The translations under genes and the position numbers were made by a program. From a virus (lineage: Duplodnaviria > Caudoviricetes): a stretch of DNA of 64,000 nucleotides. The stretch lies in the IMG/VR virus record IMGVR_UViG_3300021387_001438, positions 11,359 through 75,358 of that record. One strand, 5' to 3'. The notes beneath the pieces were generated by a model, which made no database searches, was not told where the DNA came from, and saw nothing but the letters and a program-made list of their open reading frames with translations. Each line of letters starts with the position of its first letter. Position 1 is the first letter of the stretch. This document shows, one piece after another, positions 40,477 to 50,143 of the stretch.

Positions 40477-40656
40477 TTACATTTTAGAAATTTTATGTAA
40501 TTTTTTAAATTGTGATTCTGTTAAAAAGAATATGTCATATGCATTATTCATTGATAAGAACTTTTTGTATGATTCATAATCCTTTTCATCGTACTTTAAT
40601 GCAAATTCAATATCAAATGTTGACATTCTTTTTATTAACTCAATCATATTTTCCAT
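40477..40656 (-). CDS. Hypothetical protein
   Basis: Short ORF in operon. Confidence 0.45.
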   Translation of the reverse strand: MENMIELIKRMSTFDIEFALKYDEKDYESYKKFLSMNNAYDIFFLTESQFKKLHKISKM

Positions 40657-40657
40657 A

Positions 40658-40972
40658 TTATTTATCCAACCAATCATATAAATTTTTGATATTTAATTTT
40701 CCATTAACAGAAAAATTGTTATTTGCACAATCTATACAAATTAACTTATTTCCGTTATTTGAATAACTACTGTCAATAGATACTGCTTTACCACAAATAC
40801 AACAGTTATATCTATTTTTTAAAGTTTCTTTTTTAAAATATTTATCAAAGTTATTTTTATTATTGGCATCAATTTCTTTATCATACCATAATTCTACTTT
40901 TGATTCTTTTACTGGAGTTTTCTTTGATACACCAGTTATTCTTTTTCTTGGAGTAAATTTTTCATCACTCAT
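40658..40972 (-). CDS. Zinc-finger hypothetical protein
   Basis: CCICG...ICIDC; GAGGAG RBS. Confidence 0.6.
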   Translation of the reverse strand: MSDEKFTPRKRITGVSKKTPVKESKVELWYDKEIDANNKNNFDKYFKKETLKNRYNCCICGKAVSIDSSYSNNGNKLICIDCANNNFSVNGKLNIKNLYDWLDK

Positions 40973-41906
40973 TTTCATTCTCCTCATCAATTTGTTTTAA
41001 TACTTGTTTAGCAGATTCCTCAATTGATTTAATATCTTCATCAGAAATTATAACTTCATCATCTACCGGTATAATTAATGGTTTATATAAACCACCTACA
41101 TATGATGGAAAACTATTTATTTCTTTAACAGCCGTTGGGTCACAATATACTTGGGGCAGTGGAGCAGTATTAAATGTTATATTATTTGATAGATTTATAT
41201 ATGGACCTATTGCTGTATTTCCTGCACCATAAGTATTATTAAGTGTTTGTGTTATATAAGTATGAAATTCATATTTAGTTTCATAGATTGATGTAGTAAA
41301 ATCAAAATCACTAAACACAATCCAATAAGTAACACATGGACCACCTTTATCTATAATACTATTGATTATAAAACAAATATCTGTTGTAAAGTTTTGAGGA
41401 TTGTATGTTCCAAATGGAGTAAATTTTATATCCTGATAGCTAATTCCACTTTCAAACCATTTAGGACATTCTATATCAATGTAATGTATTTCAATTTGAT
41501 TTTTATTTAGTTTAACATTATTTTTAACTTTCATAACAATGTATTCAATTAATTCATTTAAATACATTTTTGAAGCTTTTGCTAAATCATAATTTATAAA
41601 CGTAGAATCAAAATCTATTAATAATCTTTTTACTTCTTCATCAGAAGAACTATATATTGGAATAATATCACCATTATCTAATTCTTCATTTAAGTATACT
41701 TCAAAGCAGTCAAAGAATTTTTCTTTTGCAGTTACCCAACCATTATTTTTTGGTTGAATTGTTATCTCTTTAGCAATTTCTGTTGATACTATACAATATA
41801 TTTTATATAGCAGTTCATCAATGTCTGGAGCATTATATTCAATTTTAAACGGAAAAGAAATTCTATTTGTATCACTATATAAATCTATAGTAAATTTTCT
41901 TTTCAT
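40965..41906 (-). CDS. Hypothetical protein
   Basis: GGAGGTG RBS, long ORF; N-terminus weakly similar to the 55546/56362/57368 family. Confidence 0.65.
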   Translation of the reverse strand: MKRKFTIDLYSDTNRISFPFKIEYNAPDIDELLYKIYCIVSTEIAKEITIQPKNNGWVTAKEKFFDCFEVYLNEELDNGDIIPIYSSSDEEVKRLLIDFDSTFINYDLAKASKMYLNELIEYIVMKVKNNVKLNKNQIEIHYIDIECPKWFESGISYQDIKFTPFGTYNPQNFTTDICFIINSIIDKGGPCVTYWIVFSDFDFTTSIYETKYEFHTYITQTLNNTYGAGNTAIGPYINLSNNITFNTAPLPQVYCDPTAVKEINSFPSYVGGLYKPLIIPVDDEVIISDEDIKSIEESAKQVLKQIDEENENE

Positions 41907-42595
41907 TTATCATCACCTCCAAGAATACTATTAAGAGTATCAAATGCAATATCTGTGAAAATCATATCTTGATTATCCTGTTCATCATGCAATCCATATG
42001 GATTATCAGTATCAATATAACATGTACTAATAATAAATTTTTTCCAATTTTTAAGAAATCCTTCCCAATCAATACTTGGAAACATACTGTTTGGAAATAT
42101 TCCACCTAGTGATTTAAGATTTTTATGAGTTCCTCTAGCAGGAATAATAGTTACTCCCGTTTTATCTGGTTCATTTGATAAATCTACGGTTTCAACTAAA
42201 TCACTTCTATTTACTGACCAATCATATTTATATCCATCAAGATAAATTCCATCATTATCATCTAGTAAAACAAATATACCAGCAGGTTGATTAAATCTAA
42301 TACGACCAGACTCTTCAATAATTATTTTATCAATATTAATTGAAGCAGCTCTAATACTTGTGCCATCTTTTAAAAATATTAAAGTAGTTTTATTTTTGAA
42401 ATACTGATTTTTATTATCTTTATATTTATTATTTAATTTAAGAATATCTTTAAAATCATTAAGAGTAATATCAATAGAATAAAGATAATTAATAATATTA
42501 TTAAATTTTTTTCTATTTGCAATTTCTACCTGTTTTGGATTTCTTTTAATCCAATTTACAATCCATTCAATTTCTTTTTCTTTCATATTAATCAT
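41903..42595 (-). CDS. Hypothetical protein
   Basis: Long ORF in operon; start uncertain. Confidence 0.6.
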   Translation of the reverse strand: MINMKEKEIEWIVNWIKRNPKQVEIANRKKFNNIINYLYSIDITLNDFKDILKLNNKYKDNKNQYFKNKTTLIFLKDGTSIRAASINIDKIIIEESGRIRFNQPAGIFVLLDDNDGIYLDGYKYDWSVNRSDLVETVDLSNEPDKTGVTIIPARGTHKNLKSLGGIFPNSMFPSIDWEGFLKNWKKFIISTCYIDTDNPYGLHDEQDNQDMIFTDIAFDTLNSILGGDDK

Positions 42596-42596
42596 C

Positions 42597-43169
42597 TCAT
42601 TTCTGACATATTGTATAATGTATATAATTAAGAGTCCAAATCCAACTATCAAAATCTAATAATACTCTAAACTCATTTTTACATTCAATGTTTATATAAC
42701 TTTTATTTGTTTTAGCATCTATCATAACATCAAATGTTAATGCTCTTTTAAGTTTTGCAACGCTCCAATAATAAACAACTTTTGGATAATAAACAACTTT
42801 TGATTTATTTAATATTCTTTTTGAAAAGATATCAGTTAAAAATATTTGTATTCCTTTCGGGTCAAAAAATTTGTGCTCATTTATTTCTGTATCTTTATCT
42901 TCATCATATGTAATAACATTACAAATTTCTGTTGAGCTACTGTTAACTTTGTTACAGTATACATCAAAATAATTAAGGAAATCTGATAAATTACCATGAA
43001 AATATTTACGACAAAATTCATAAATAAACATGGAATGAATTACTTTTAACCAAAGATTTTTATTAATTATTCCAATTCCAGCATCAAGTTTAAATTCTAT
43101 TTTACTTGATACTCTATATTTATTAAATAATTCAATTTCATAGGAGTCTCCTACAAGTCCCATTCCCAT
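42597..43169 (-). CDS. Hypothetical protein
   Basis: AGGAAGTG RBS. Confidence 0.6.
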   Translation of the reverse strand: MGMGLVGDSYEIELFNKYRVSSKIEFKLDAGIGIINKNLWLKVIHSMFIYEFCRKYFHGNLSDFLNYFDVYCNKVNSSSTEICNVITYDEDKDTEINEHKFFDPKGIQIFLTDIFSKRILNKSKVVYYPKVVYYWSVAKLKRALTFDVMIDAKTNKSYINIECKNEFRVLLDFDSWIWTLNYIHYTICQK

Positions 43170-43195
43170 AAATTATCACTTCCTTAATTTATTAT

Positions 43196-43663
43196 TTATT
43201 TTCTTTCTTTTCCTTCAGGGTCTAATCTAGTAATTGTAAAAGCATAATCATTTGAAATCTTATGTAAATATCTTGCATGAGTTCTAGCCGCAGTATCACC
43301 AGTATTATACCAAACAAAATATTCATTAGTAGGATAATACTCACTATCAAGAATTACTGTTTTTATAATACCAAGTTCAAACTTATCTCCATTTTGATAT
43401 AAAACTGTTTCACCAACTTTATATTCTGGATATTCAACTTCTTCTTGTTCATATGAATATGGATTAGCTGATGTATCTTCAGTATTGCGAAGCTCATTTT
43501 CAACTTCTTCAACATGTCCTATTGCTTTTGCTAATCCTTTTAAATAGCCAATATTAACATTATATGTTTCATTATCTGAATCTTTATAAACTCCTCGAAG
43601 TTGTTCAATAGAATTTTTAATAGTATCATTTATATATGTTTTTACTTTTTCTAAATCTGTCAT
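43196..43663 (-). CDS. Hypothetical phage protein
   Basis: GGAGG RBS; SH3-like YKVGETVLY C-terminus. Confidence 0.65.
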   Translation of the reverse strand: MTDLEKVKTYINDTIKNSIEQLRGVYKDSDNETYNVNIGYLKGLAKAIGHVEEVENELRNTEDTSANPYSYEQEEVEYPEYKVGETVLYQNGDKFELGIIKTVILDSEYYPTNEYFVWYNTGDTAARTHARYLHKISNDYAFTITRLDPEGKERK

Positions 43664-43666
43664 ATT

Positions 43667-44068
43667 TTATTCCTCCAAAACATTTAAAATATCAATGGCT
43701 GCTTTAACCTCACTTAAGATTTCTTCAGTAGTCCACTTCTTACCGCCAGTTCGTAAATTAGGTGGAAACATAAAATTAATACCACTAAAGTCATCGATGT
43801 GAGCATAATCCCAACCTAGATAAAATCCTTTCTTGGCATTTAACTTTGGTGGAAGTGGTCCAGCCCAAGTTAAGCCTCCATTAACAACATCAGATATTTC
43901 ATCTGGGGCATCAGAACAGTCTACATTATAAAATTTACTAGTTTCAGGAATTCTGATATATGCACAAGGATGAGTTCCGTAAGATACAACAATATAATCA
44001 ATTCCATTATAAGTTCCCTTATCAAGACATTCAATTTCTAATTTTGGTTTATAAATCATTTCTTTCAT
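43667..44068 (-). CDS. Conserved phage hypothetical protein
   Basis: GTHPCAYI, VNGGLTW, LGWDYAH motif family common in phages. Confidence 0.7.
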   Translation of the reverse strand: MKEMIYKPKLEIECLDKGTYNGIDYIVVSYGTHPCAYIRIPETSKFYNVDCSDAPDEISDVVNGGLTWAGPLPPKLNAKKGFYLGWDYAHIDDFSGINFMFPPNLRTGGKKWTTEEILSEVKAAIDILNVLEE

Positions 44069-44081
44069 TTCTATTTACCTC

Positions 44082-44357
44082 TTATTCAACTTGACTTCCA
44101 AAACCTTCATCATAATCTTTTGATATATACAATCTAACAATATTATCTTTTTTGTAACAAGATAATTTAGTTTCAATTTCATAAGTGTACTTTTGTAAAA
44201 CAGGAATAATTTCATTAAAAGAATTAACACTCAAAGAAAAATCTATATACCAATCATTTTGCTCATCAATAATTGAATTTTTATTTTTTAAATCATCAAC
44301 TAAATTTCTCAATACATTATGTTCTTTATAATCATATATTTTAATTTTAATTATCAT
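44082..44357 (-). CDS. Hypothetical protein
   Basis: ORF in operon. Confidence 0.55.
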   Translation of the reverse strand: MIIKIKIYDYKEHNVLRNLVDDLKNKNSIIDEQNDWYIDFSLSVNSFNEIIPVLQKYTYEIETKLSCYKKDNIVRLYISKDYDEGFGSQVE

Positions 44358-44376
44358 AAGTTATTCACTCTTATCC

Positions 44377-44586
44377 TTAAATAATATCGATTCTGTGAAC
44401 ACCATCACCACGAATGATATGATACTTACCATACAACTCTTTACAAGATGTGAACACCTCATCATAAATTTCATATAGATTTGATAATTCTAATGTTCCA
44501 TATTTACCAATATTTTTTGCAATTTCTTTCATGGTCTTATTATATAATTTTTCTGTTTCTTTATTTTTAAAAATAAATTTAGTCAT
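44377..44586 (-). CDS. Hypothetical protein
   Basis: AAGGAG RBS. Confidence 0.55.
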   Translation of the reverse strand: MTKFIFKNKETEKLYNKTMKEIAKNIGKYGTLELSNLYEIYDEVFTSCKELYGKYHIIRGDGVHRIDII

Positions 44587-44613
44587 ATATTATTCTAACT
44601 CCTTATTCTTTTC

Positions 44614-44703
44614 TTAATATTTATCTATATCTTTATATTTTATACACATATATATTCTTCCACCTATAACAAATAATAACATTAGTAAAAACATACATAA
44701 CAC
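44614..44703 (-). CDS. Small membrane peptide, 29 aa
   Basis: AGGAG RBS, GTG start, MLCMFLLMLLFVIGGRIYVYKRYKDIDKY fills the gap. Confidence 0.45.
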   Translation of the reverse strand: MLCMFLLMLLFVIGGRIYMCIKYKDIDKY

Positions 44704-44720
44704 AATAATATCTCCTATGC

Positions 44721-45338
44721 TCATTCTAACATCTCCTTTAGCACTTTATTTCTTACATCAATAGTCTTTTCTCCATTTAAAATTTTGCATAACCATTCAG
44801 GATGAATTGAGATTAAAACATTTATATCATTTGGTTCATAAGCTGCATAATCCCAATGATTAATACTAACTCTCATCATATTTTGAGGTGCATTAATTAA
44901 TTGTTTAGTAAACAACATTCCACCAACATCTTCGATTTTATAGACTTCGCTCAATTCCTTTGGCTTATCAAAAATATGCAAGTTCTTAATGTGGATTGCA
45001 TAACCTTTACTATCCCAAGTAGTTCCGAGATATTCACACATTTGTTCACAAGTTAAACAACTTTCTTTTGAAATTCTATCTATGTTGTCATTATAGTAAT
45101 CATCATATACATGCTCAGATAAAGCCATAGTATCTATTTCTTCAACATCAAAATCACATTCAGCAACGATTTTGCCATTTAAAATTTTAGAGTAACCAAA
45201 CAATTGGATTTCTTCTTTTAAAGTAGTAATTCCATATTGTTGATACCATGTTATTTCTCCATTATCAACATTAACTTCTGAATATTCCATTTTAGCTAAA
45301 TAAGGCTTTGCCTTTGTACAATATAATAAAAGTTTCAT
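44721..45338 (-). CDS. Hypothetical phage protein (ASCH-like motifs)
   Basis: LLYCTK, NGKIVAEC, YAIHI.NLHIFDKP, VLISIHPEW..KILNGEKTIDVR. Confidence 0.6.
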   Translation of the reverse strand: MKLLLYCTKAKPYLAKMEYSEVNVDNGEITWYQQYGITTLKEEIQLFGYSKILNGKIVAECDFDVEEIDTMALSEHVYDDYYNDNIDRISKESCLTCEQMCEYLGTTWDSKGYAIHIKNLHIFDKPKELSEVYKIEDVGGMLFTKQLINAPQNMMRVSINHWDYAAYEPNDINVLISIHPEWLCKILNGEKTIDVRNKVLKEMLE

Positions 45339-45604
45339 TCTAGCACCTCTCTTAATAAGTTAAACTCTTCTTCAGTAAGTATTTGATAACTAAACATAAT
45401 TTCAGAATTATATTCTTCTAAACTACCAACATCCCATAATAGGTCCACATCCACATACTTTTCTTTTATAATCTCTAAAGCCTTTAGGGATTTTTCAACC
45501 TGCTCACATTTATAAGGAAGTAAACCCTCAACTGTAAGTCCCTGTTCATCTGCAACTTCAAATTCTTTTATATCTTGAAAATGCTCTAGTGGTGTTTTGT
45601 TCAT
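45335..45604 (-). CDS. Hypothetical protein
   Basis: ATGA overlaps on both sides. Confidence 0.6.
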   Translation of the reverse strand: MNKTPLEHFQDIKEFEVADEQGLTVEGLLPYKCEQVEKSLKALEIIKEKYVDVDLLWDVGSLEEYNSEIMFSYQILTEEEFNLLREVLE

Positions 45605-45858
45605 TCTTCCACCACCTTAATGCTTTGTAAATGAACTACTTTAAATGCCTTATGTTGCTCAACATACATTACAGCACAAATTTCATTTTTGTATTTTATA
45701 AAATCACCATCACTTATAAGATATGGTCCTTTTTCTTCATGCAAGGTAAATTCATAAGAATAAAAATTCTTTACTTCTCGGAAAACCCCACGCAGTTTTA
45801 AAATGCTAAATGTTTCCAAATGAAACCATTCACACGTTTCTAACATTTCTTTTTCCAT
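45601..45858 (-). CDS. Hypothetical protein
   Basis: Operon context. Confidence 0.55.
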   Translation of the reverse strand: MEKEMLETCEWFHLETFSILKLRGVFREVKNFYSYEFTLHEEKGPYLISDGDFIKYKNEICAVMYVEQHKAFKVVHLQSIKVVEE

Positions 45859-45860
45859 AT

Positions 45861-46361
45861 CTATTCCACCACCTCTAAATGTAAGTCATTGAAAATTTGT
45901 TTTTCTTTCTCAAATAAATGTAAAATTGGTTTTAAGTTATTATCTCTCAATACTACTGATTTAACATCAGAAAAACTTATTCTTAAGCATAAACAATATT
46001 GGGTATCACCCATTTTAACTTTGATTGTTGGTGGAAGACTTTCTGGAACACCGAACTCTAAATCTTCCCATTTTAAGTAGTGCTTTGGTTCTTGTGCCTT
46101 TAGTAAGACTTGTTCTATAACATCGCATTGATAGTCAATATTTTTTTTGTTATGTACATAAAATTTATAATTGTTTTTTATATCTAAAATACATCTCATC
46201 GCTTCACTAGGGTTTGCATTGTCGATTGCTTCTAAACGTTCTAATGCTTCTTTGATTTTATAAAAATTGTAATCAATATTGCCTACATCATATCTATTTA
46301 ACCAATCATCAAGAAACTTCAACAATAAACTAATATCTAAAACTTCTTGTTCTTTACTCAT
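45861..46361 (-). CDS. Hypothetical protein
   Basis: MSKE start and helical N-terminus similar to 46354. Confidence 0.6.
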   Translation of the reverse strand: MSKEQEVLDISLLLKFLDDWLNRYDVGNIDYNFYKIKEALERLEAIDNANPSEAMRCILDIKNNYKFYVHNKKNIDYQCDVIEQVLLKAQEPKHYLKWEDLEFGVPESLPPTIKVKMGDTQYCLCLRISFSDVKSVVLRDNNLKPILHLFEKEKQIFNDLHLEVVE

Positions 46362-46743
46362 TTTTAAGTTCCTTTCTTGTTAAGGCCCACCAATTTCCAT
46401 AATCTTTTAAAGGAAAGTCATAATACATTCCTCTACTGCATACATATAATCTATTGTTAAAAAACTCATAGTCTAAATCATCAAAGAATTTTTCTTTTAT
46501 TATTCCATAAGTTTCTTTGATATACACATACTTTTGCTCATTTGCTTTCTTACATATTTCAATAGTATTGTTGATGGATTCCAATTGTTGGAGTGCTTGT
46601 TCAATAATTGATAAATCGTTTAATGATTTTTCAAAATTTATATAATCCCTACTATCTTTAGAACCTTGTAAAACAAGCCCACACATTTCATGCTTTATAA
46701 CAGTTTTTATTTTACTTAATGCTTCTAAATATTCTTTACTCAT
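46354..46743 (-). CDS. Hypothetical protein
   Basis: GAGGTG RBS; YGNWWALTRKEL C-terminus common in phage accessory genes. Confidence 0.6.
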   Translation of the reverse strand: MSKEYLEALSKIKTVIKHEMCGLVLQGSKDSRDYINFEKSLNDLSIIEQALQQLESINNTIEICKKANEQKYVYIKETYGIIKEKFFDDLDYEFFNNRLYVCSRGMYYDFPLKDYGNWWALTRKELKNE

Positions 46744-46756
46744 TCTAACACCTCGA

Positions 46757-47023
46757 TTACTTCCCTAATTTTTTTATTTTCTTTACTTTTACAAGTCTAT
46801 ATTGATAAGCTTCGTCCTCTTCATTAATTAAGCAATCAGTTCTTGAATTATAAGATGTATTATTCCAAATACTAGCACAATGATACACAAATCTTTTTAA
46901 ATTTTCTCCAAAGCAATTTCGTGCTTCTTTTCCATCATCTCTTGCAATAACTACCCTAGGGTCTTCTTCGCCTTTACTAGCAACAATATAAATTCTTCCG
47001 TCTTTATCTTTAAATAGTTTCAT
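46757..47023 (-). CDS. Hypothetical protein
   Basis: AAGGAG RBS. Confidence 0.6.
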   Translation of the reverse strand: MKLFKDKDGRIYIVASKGEEDPRVVIARDDGKEARNCFGENLKRFVYHCASIWNNTSYNSRTDCLINEEDEAYQYRLVKVKKIKKLGK

Positions 47024-47035
47024 TCTTCTTTCTCC

Positions 47036-47230
47036 TTATTTCAAAAATTCTTTATTACACTTTGGACAATAATCTAAATCAGGTTTTTCAATCAATCTAG
47101 GATTATCTTCCACCAATAGCTCATTGCAATATGGACAATGATACTCTGCTCTTAAGGTTGTTCTATTGATAACCAGTTCTAACTTCTTAAGCTCAGGTTG
47201 CTTTTCTTTTTTCTTTCCAAATAATCCCAT
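47036..47230 (-). CDS. Small zinc-ribbon protein
   Basis: CPYC...CPKC; AAGGTGA RBS supports start MGLFG. Confidence 0.6.
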   Translation of the reverse strand: MGLFGKKKEKQPELKKLELVINRTTLRAEYHCPYCNELLVEDNPRLIEKPDLDYCPKCNKEFLK

Positions 47231-47243
47231 CAAAATCACCTTC

Positions 47244-47786
47244 TTAATATCCTTCAAAATAAAGTTCAATTCCTTCATTTAATTCAAGGCAAGCTTTACT
47301 AAACTTACCTTCATAATGTAGATTTTTAAATCCTATCAAATTAATTAATCTTACTCCAATAAATAAATATGAGCGAGTATATACATCTATCATACAAGAC
47401 GTTACTTCATTTATGCTTTTTCCTTGTATATACTGACGTGTGAAATTTGCAGTAGGAATACATCCTGGATTAACAACTGTTAATAGAGAATCCCATTTAC
47501 TACAATCATAATCACTATCTTTTGGTTCACGCTTTAAATATTTTAGAGTAAATTCATTATCTTTTTTAGCCTTTTTTGTAAAGTATTCCTCAGTTTCAAT
47601 AATATATTTATCTATTGCTTCAAGTATAGGAGCTAATTCCTTAATTTTAAACTTTTCAAAACAACTCTCTTCATCAACAATACATCCTTGTCTTTTTAAT
47701 TCTTCTAGAAATTGCTTAGGACACTCATTGTTACCAAATAATTGTTCTTTATGTTCTCCACATATTGCATAAATTCTATAACTCAT
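47244..47786 (-). CDS. Hypothetical protein
   Basis: AAGGTGA RBS. Confidence 0.6.
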   Translation of the reverse strand: MSYRIYAICGEHKEQLFGNNECPKQFLEELKRQGCIVDEESCFEKFKIKELAPILEAIDKYIIETEEYFTKKAKKDNEFTLKYLKREPKDSDYDCSKWDSLLTVVNPGCIPTANFTRQYIQGKSINEVTSCMIDVYTRSYLFIGVRLINLIGFKNLHYEGKFSKACLELNEGIELYFEGY

Positions 47787-47802
47787 ATTTACTTCACCTT
47801 CT

Positions 47803-47946
47803 TTATTCTAGTTTCTTATTGTTAAAATATTCTTCATCAAGTTCTGTTCTTTTTGATGCTACTAGCATACACCAAATTATTAACAATAAAGTTATTAATA
47901 TTAAAAATCCTAAAATACATAATGTCCATATAACCCATAGTTGCAT
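47803..47946 (-). CDS. Small membrane protein, 47 aa
   Basis: MQLWVIWTLCILGFLILITLLLIIWCMLV... fills the gap between annotated ORFs. Confidence 0.55.
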   Translation of the reverse strand: MQLWVIWTLCILGFLILITLLLIIWCMLVASKRTELDEEYFNNKKLE

Positions 47947-47947
47947 A

Positions 47948-48364
47948 TTATCGCCACTCTCTTATATTAAAATTTTCACCATTATCAAAATCTAATACAT
48001 GAATTCTTACAGCTTTATTATCATACCTAGAAGTCTTATATGATATTTCTCTACAGAAGAATTCTTTAATATACTTATCATAATCTTGACATATAATAAA
48101 CAGGTTATCAAAATTATTACGATATTCAAATATTAAATCTGTAAATTCTGGATAATTTATTTTACCCATATGAGGAAAATCATCAACAATTAAATTCTTA
48201 TAGTAGAATTGTTCACCAGTATATTTTTCTATAAAGTCAAATTCAGTAACCTTTGACCAACAATATTTATCTATATTTTCATCATAGATAACATTTTGTG
48301 CAAACCAAGTTTTACCACATGGTCCTTTTCCATGAATTATATAGATATCTTTCATATCAATCAC
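47948..48364 (-). CDS. Small P-loop NTPase
   Basis: Walker A GKGPCGKT, Walker B LIVDD. Confidence 0.6.
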   Translation of the reverse strand: MIDMKDIYIIHGKGPCGKTWFAQNVIYDENIDKYCWSKVTEFDFIEKYTGEQFYYKNLIVDDFPHMGKINYPEFTDLIFEYRNNFDNLFIICQDYDKYIKEFFCREISYKTSRYDNKAVRIHVLDFDNGENFNIREWR

Positions 48365-48678
48365 TCCTTTTTATCAGGATTATTTTCTTCTTTATTTTCT
48401 AATTTATTTAATAATTCTGTTAATGCTTTTTCATCACCAAGAGGAATTTTAAATACTTCAACATCTGGATTATCTCCAGGAAGTATCTTATCAATTCTAG
48501 CATTCATTTCTTTTAAGTGAGCTTCTTTTAATTTTAAATCCAACTCACATGCTTTTATTTTTACTCTCATTGCTGCATTTTGAATTCTTGTACAAGAGTA
48601 ATAATATCCAAGAAAGAAAGATAAAATCGGTAAAAGGCAACAAATAATTACTAATGCTACAACAATATTTGTGTTCAT
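48361..48678 (-). CDS. Membrane-anchored hypothetical protein
   Basis: N-terminal TM helix; AAGGAG RBS. Confidence 0.6.
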   Translation of the reverse strand: MNTNIVVALVIICCLLPILSFFLGYYYSCTRIQNAAMRVKIKACELDLKLKEAHLKEMNARIDKILPGDNPDVEVFKIPLGDEKALTELLNKLENKEENNPDKKE

Positions 48679-48692
48679 ATAATCAACTCCTT

Positions 48693-49433
48693 TTATAAAT
48701 TCTCACAAATCCAATTATGACAGATAGTTGTATCAACAATTACCTCTGATTCATTACGAGCTTCATAGCATGCCAAGATAGCATCTGGATTTGTAATGAC
48801 CATTTTATATAATTTTGGATTTGTATTATTTCCAGCTTTATTAAATCTTTCAGCAAACCATCTTGCTTTTTCTTTATCAACAGTCCATGATAAACCTTCA
48901 GGCTTTCCATTATGACTTACTCCTCGATAGACAGTTACTCCTGCTGGAAGTGAAGCAAGTCTTTTTAGAGTATTAAATGTATCAATCTCTTTTTTATCCA
49001 TCAAGAAATCTTTATTTGCTTTTTTGAAATATCTTATTAGTTCTCTTCTATTTACATTATTATCTTGATTTGGCCATTCTTCCATTACATAGAATTCAGA
49101 TAATAGCTTTGAAAAATCTTCATTAGATAAATAGATATTAACATATTTGAAGAAAGTCAAGTAATAACTTTTATTTAACAACATGACAATTCCAAACAAA
49201 TCTTTTGCATTATCAATCTTTTCAAATGTTTCAGACTTAAAGATTTCATAATCCTCTTTTTTATATAAATCTAAAATTTTTGGATTATCTTGATTTTCTT
49301 TTACTGATACATATAAATTATTACTTGTAAACGGATGTTGAATTATAAAAGGAATTTTTGTTGCTTTAATTGGCACTGCCAAAAATAGCAACTTACTCAT
49401 TTCTTTAATCTTATCTAAATTAGTTTGTTTCAT
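48693..49433 (-). CDS. Putative ADP-ribosyltransferase-fold protein
   Basis: R-S-E triad-like motifs VYRG, LSWT, NESEV; AAGGAG RBS. Confidence 0.55.
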   Translation of the reverse strand: MKQTNLDKIKEMSKLLFLAVPIKATKIPFIIQHPFTSNNLYVSVKENQDNPKILDLYKKEDYEIFKSETFEKIDNAKDLFGIVMLLNKSYYLTFFKYVNIYLSNEDFSKLLSEFYVMEEWPNQDNNVNRRELIRYFKKANKDFLMDKKEIDTFNTLKRLASLPAGVTVYRGVSHNGKPEGLSWTVDKEKARWFAERFNKAGNNTNPKLYKMVITNPDAILACYEARNESEVIVDTTICHNWICENL

Positions 49434-49461
49434 ATTTCATACTCCTTAATTTTATTTTTTT

Positions 49462-50084
49462 TTGCCTCTACCATACACTAGCTCACTTTGCCTACACACT
49501 ACCATACTCGACTCTACCATAACATGACTGCCTGTTACTTTACCATAACTGGTCTACTCCTCGCTTTGCCGAAACTTCACTTTACTAAACCTTACCTTTG
49601 CATTTCAAATCTTGACTTCGCCCATACGATATTATGCTGGACCCAACGTCACCGATACATTGTTACACCAATCTTTGCCTAAACTAGGATGTACTATACA
49701 ATTCCAAAACGGTACCATAAATTGCTTTGCCTAAGCTCCACGATGCAAGACTTTACCAATACTCTACCTTACGTCACTAGACTTCACCTTGACAATACCA
49801 TGTCTTACTTTACCACAACTAAACACTAATTAACTTCGGTCCACTTTGCCTTGACTAAACTTATCTACACCGATACTGTTTATTAGTCTACTATACTGTA
49901 CCTCTACCTTACCAAACTTTACCATAGCACGACCAATCCTTACATCACCTTCACTAAACTTAATGGCACTTTACTTTTCCGTAACATAACCTTTCAAGAC
50001 TATGCCAATGCACAACTTCTCTTTAATACACTTTGCCAAAACGCCACCCTACCAATCTTGACTTATCCATTACAAGACGAGGCC
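49462..50084 (-). ncRNA. 5-nt periodic NGY-NN repeat array (putative guide RNA array), downstream of the RAMP gene
   Basis: Minus strand e.g. AGT-tt-AGT-gaa-GGT-ga-TGT-aa-GGA-tt-GGT-cg-TGC-tat-GGT-aa-AGT-tt-GGT-aa-GGT; GY steps of 5,6,5,5,5,5,6,5,5,5,6; no minus-strand ORF of 60 aa or more in the track. Confidence 0.75.
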
Positions 50085-50120
50085 TATACTTTATTTAATA
50101 TATATTAATATAGGATTGAA

Positions 50121-50143
50121 GGAGAGAGACTAAATCTCTCTCC
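50121..50143 (-). promoter_or_regulatory. Hairpin spanning the stop codon of the RAMP gene
   Basis: GGAGAGAGA / TCTCTCTCC perfect 9-bp inverted repeat with a 5-nt loop containing the TAG. Confidence 0.6.

Noticed and set aside
49488-49682. Plus-strand 64-aa ORF
   Set aside because: Antisense artefact of the downstream array.
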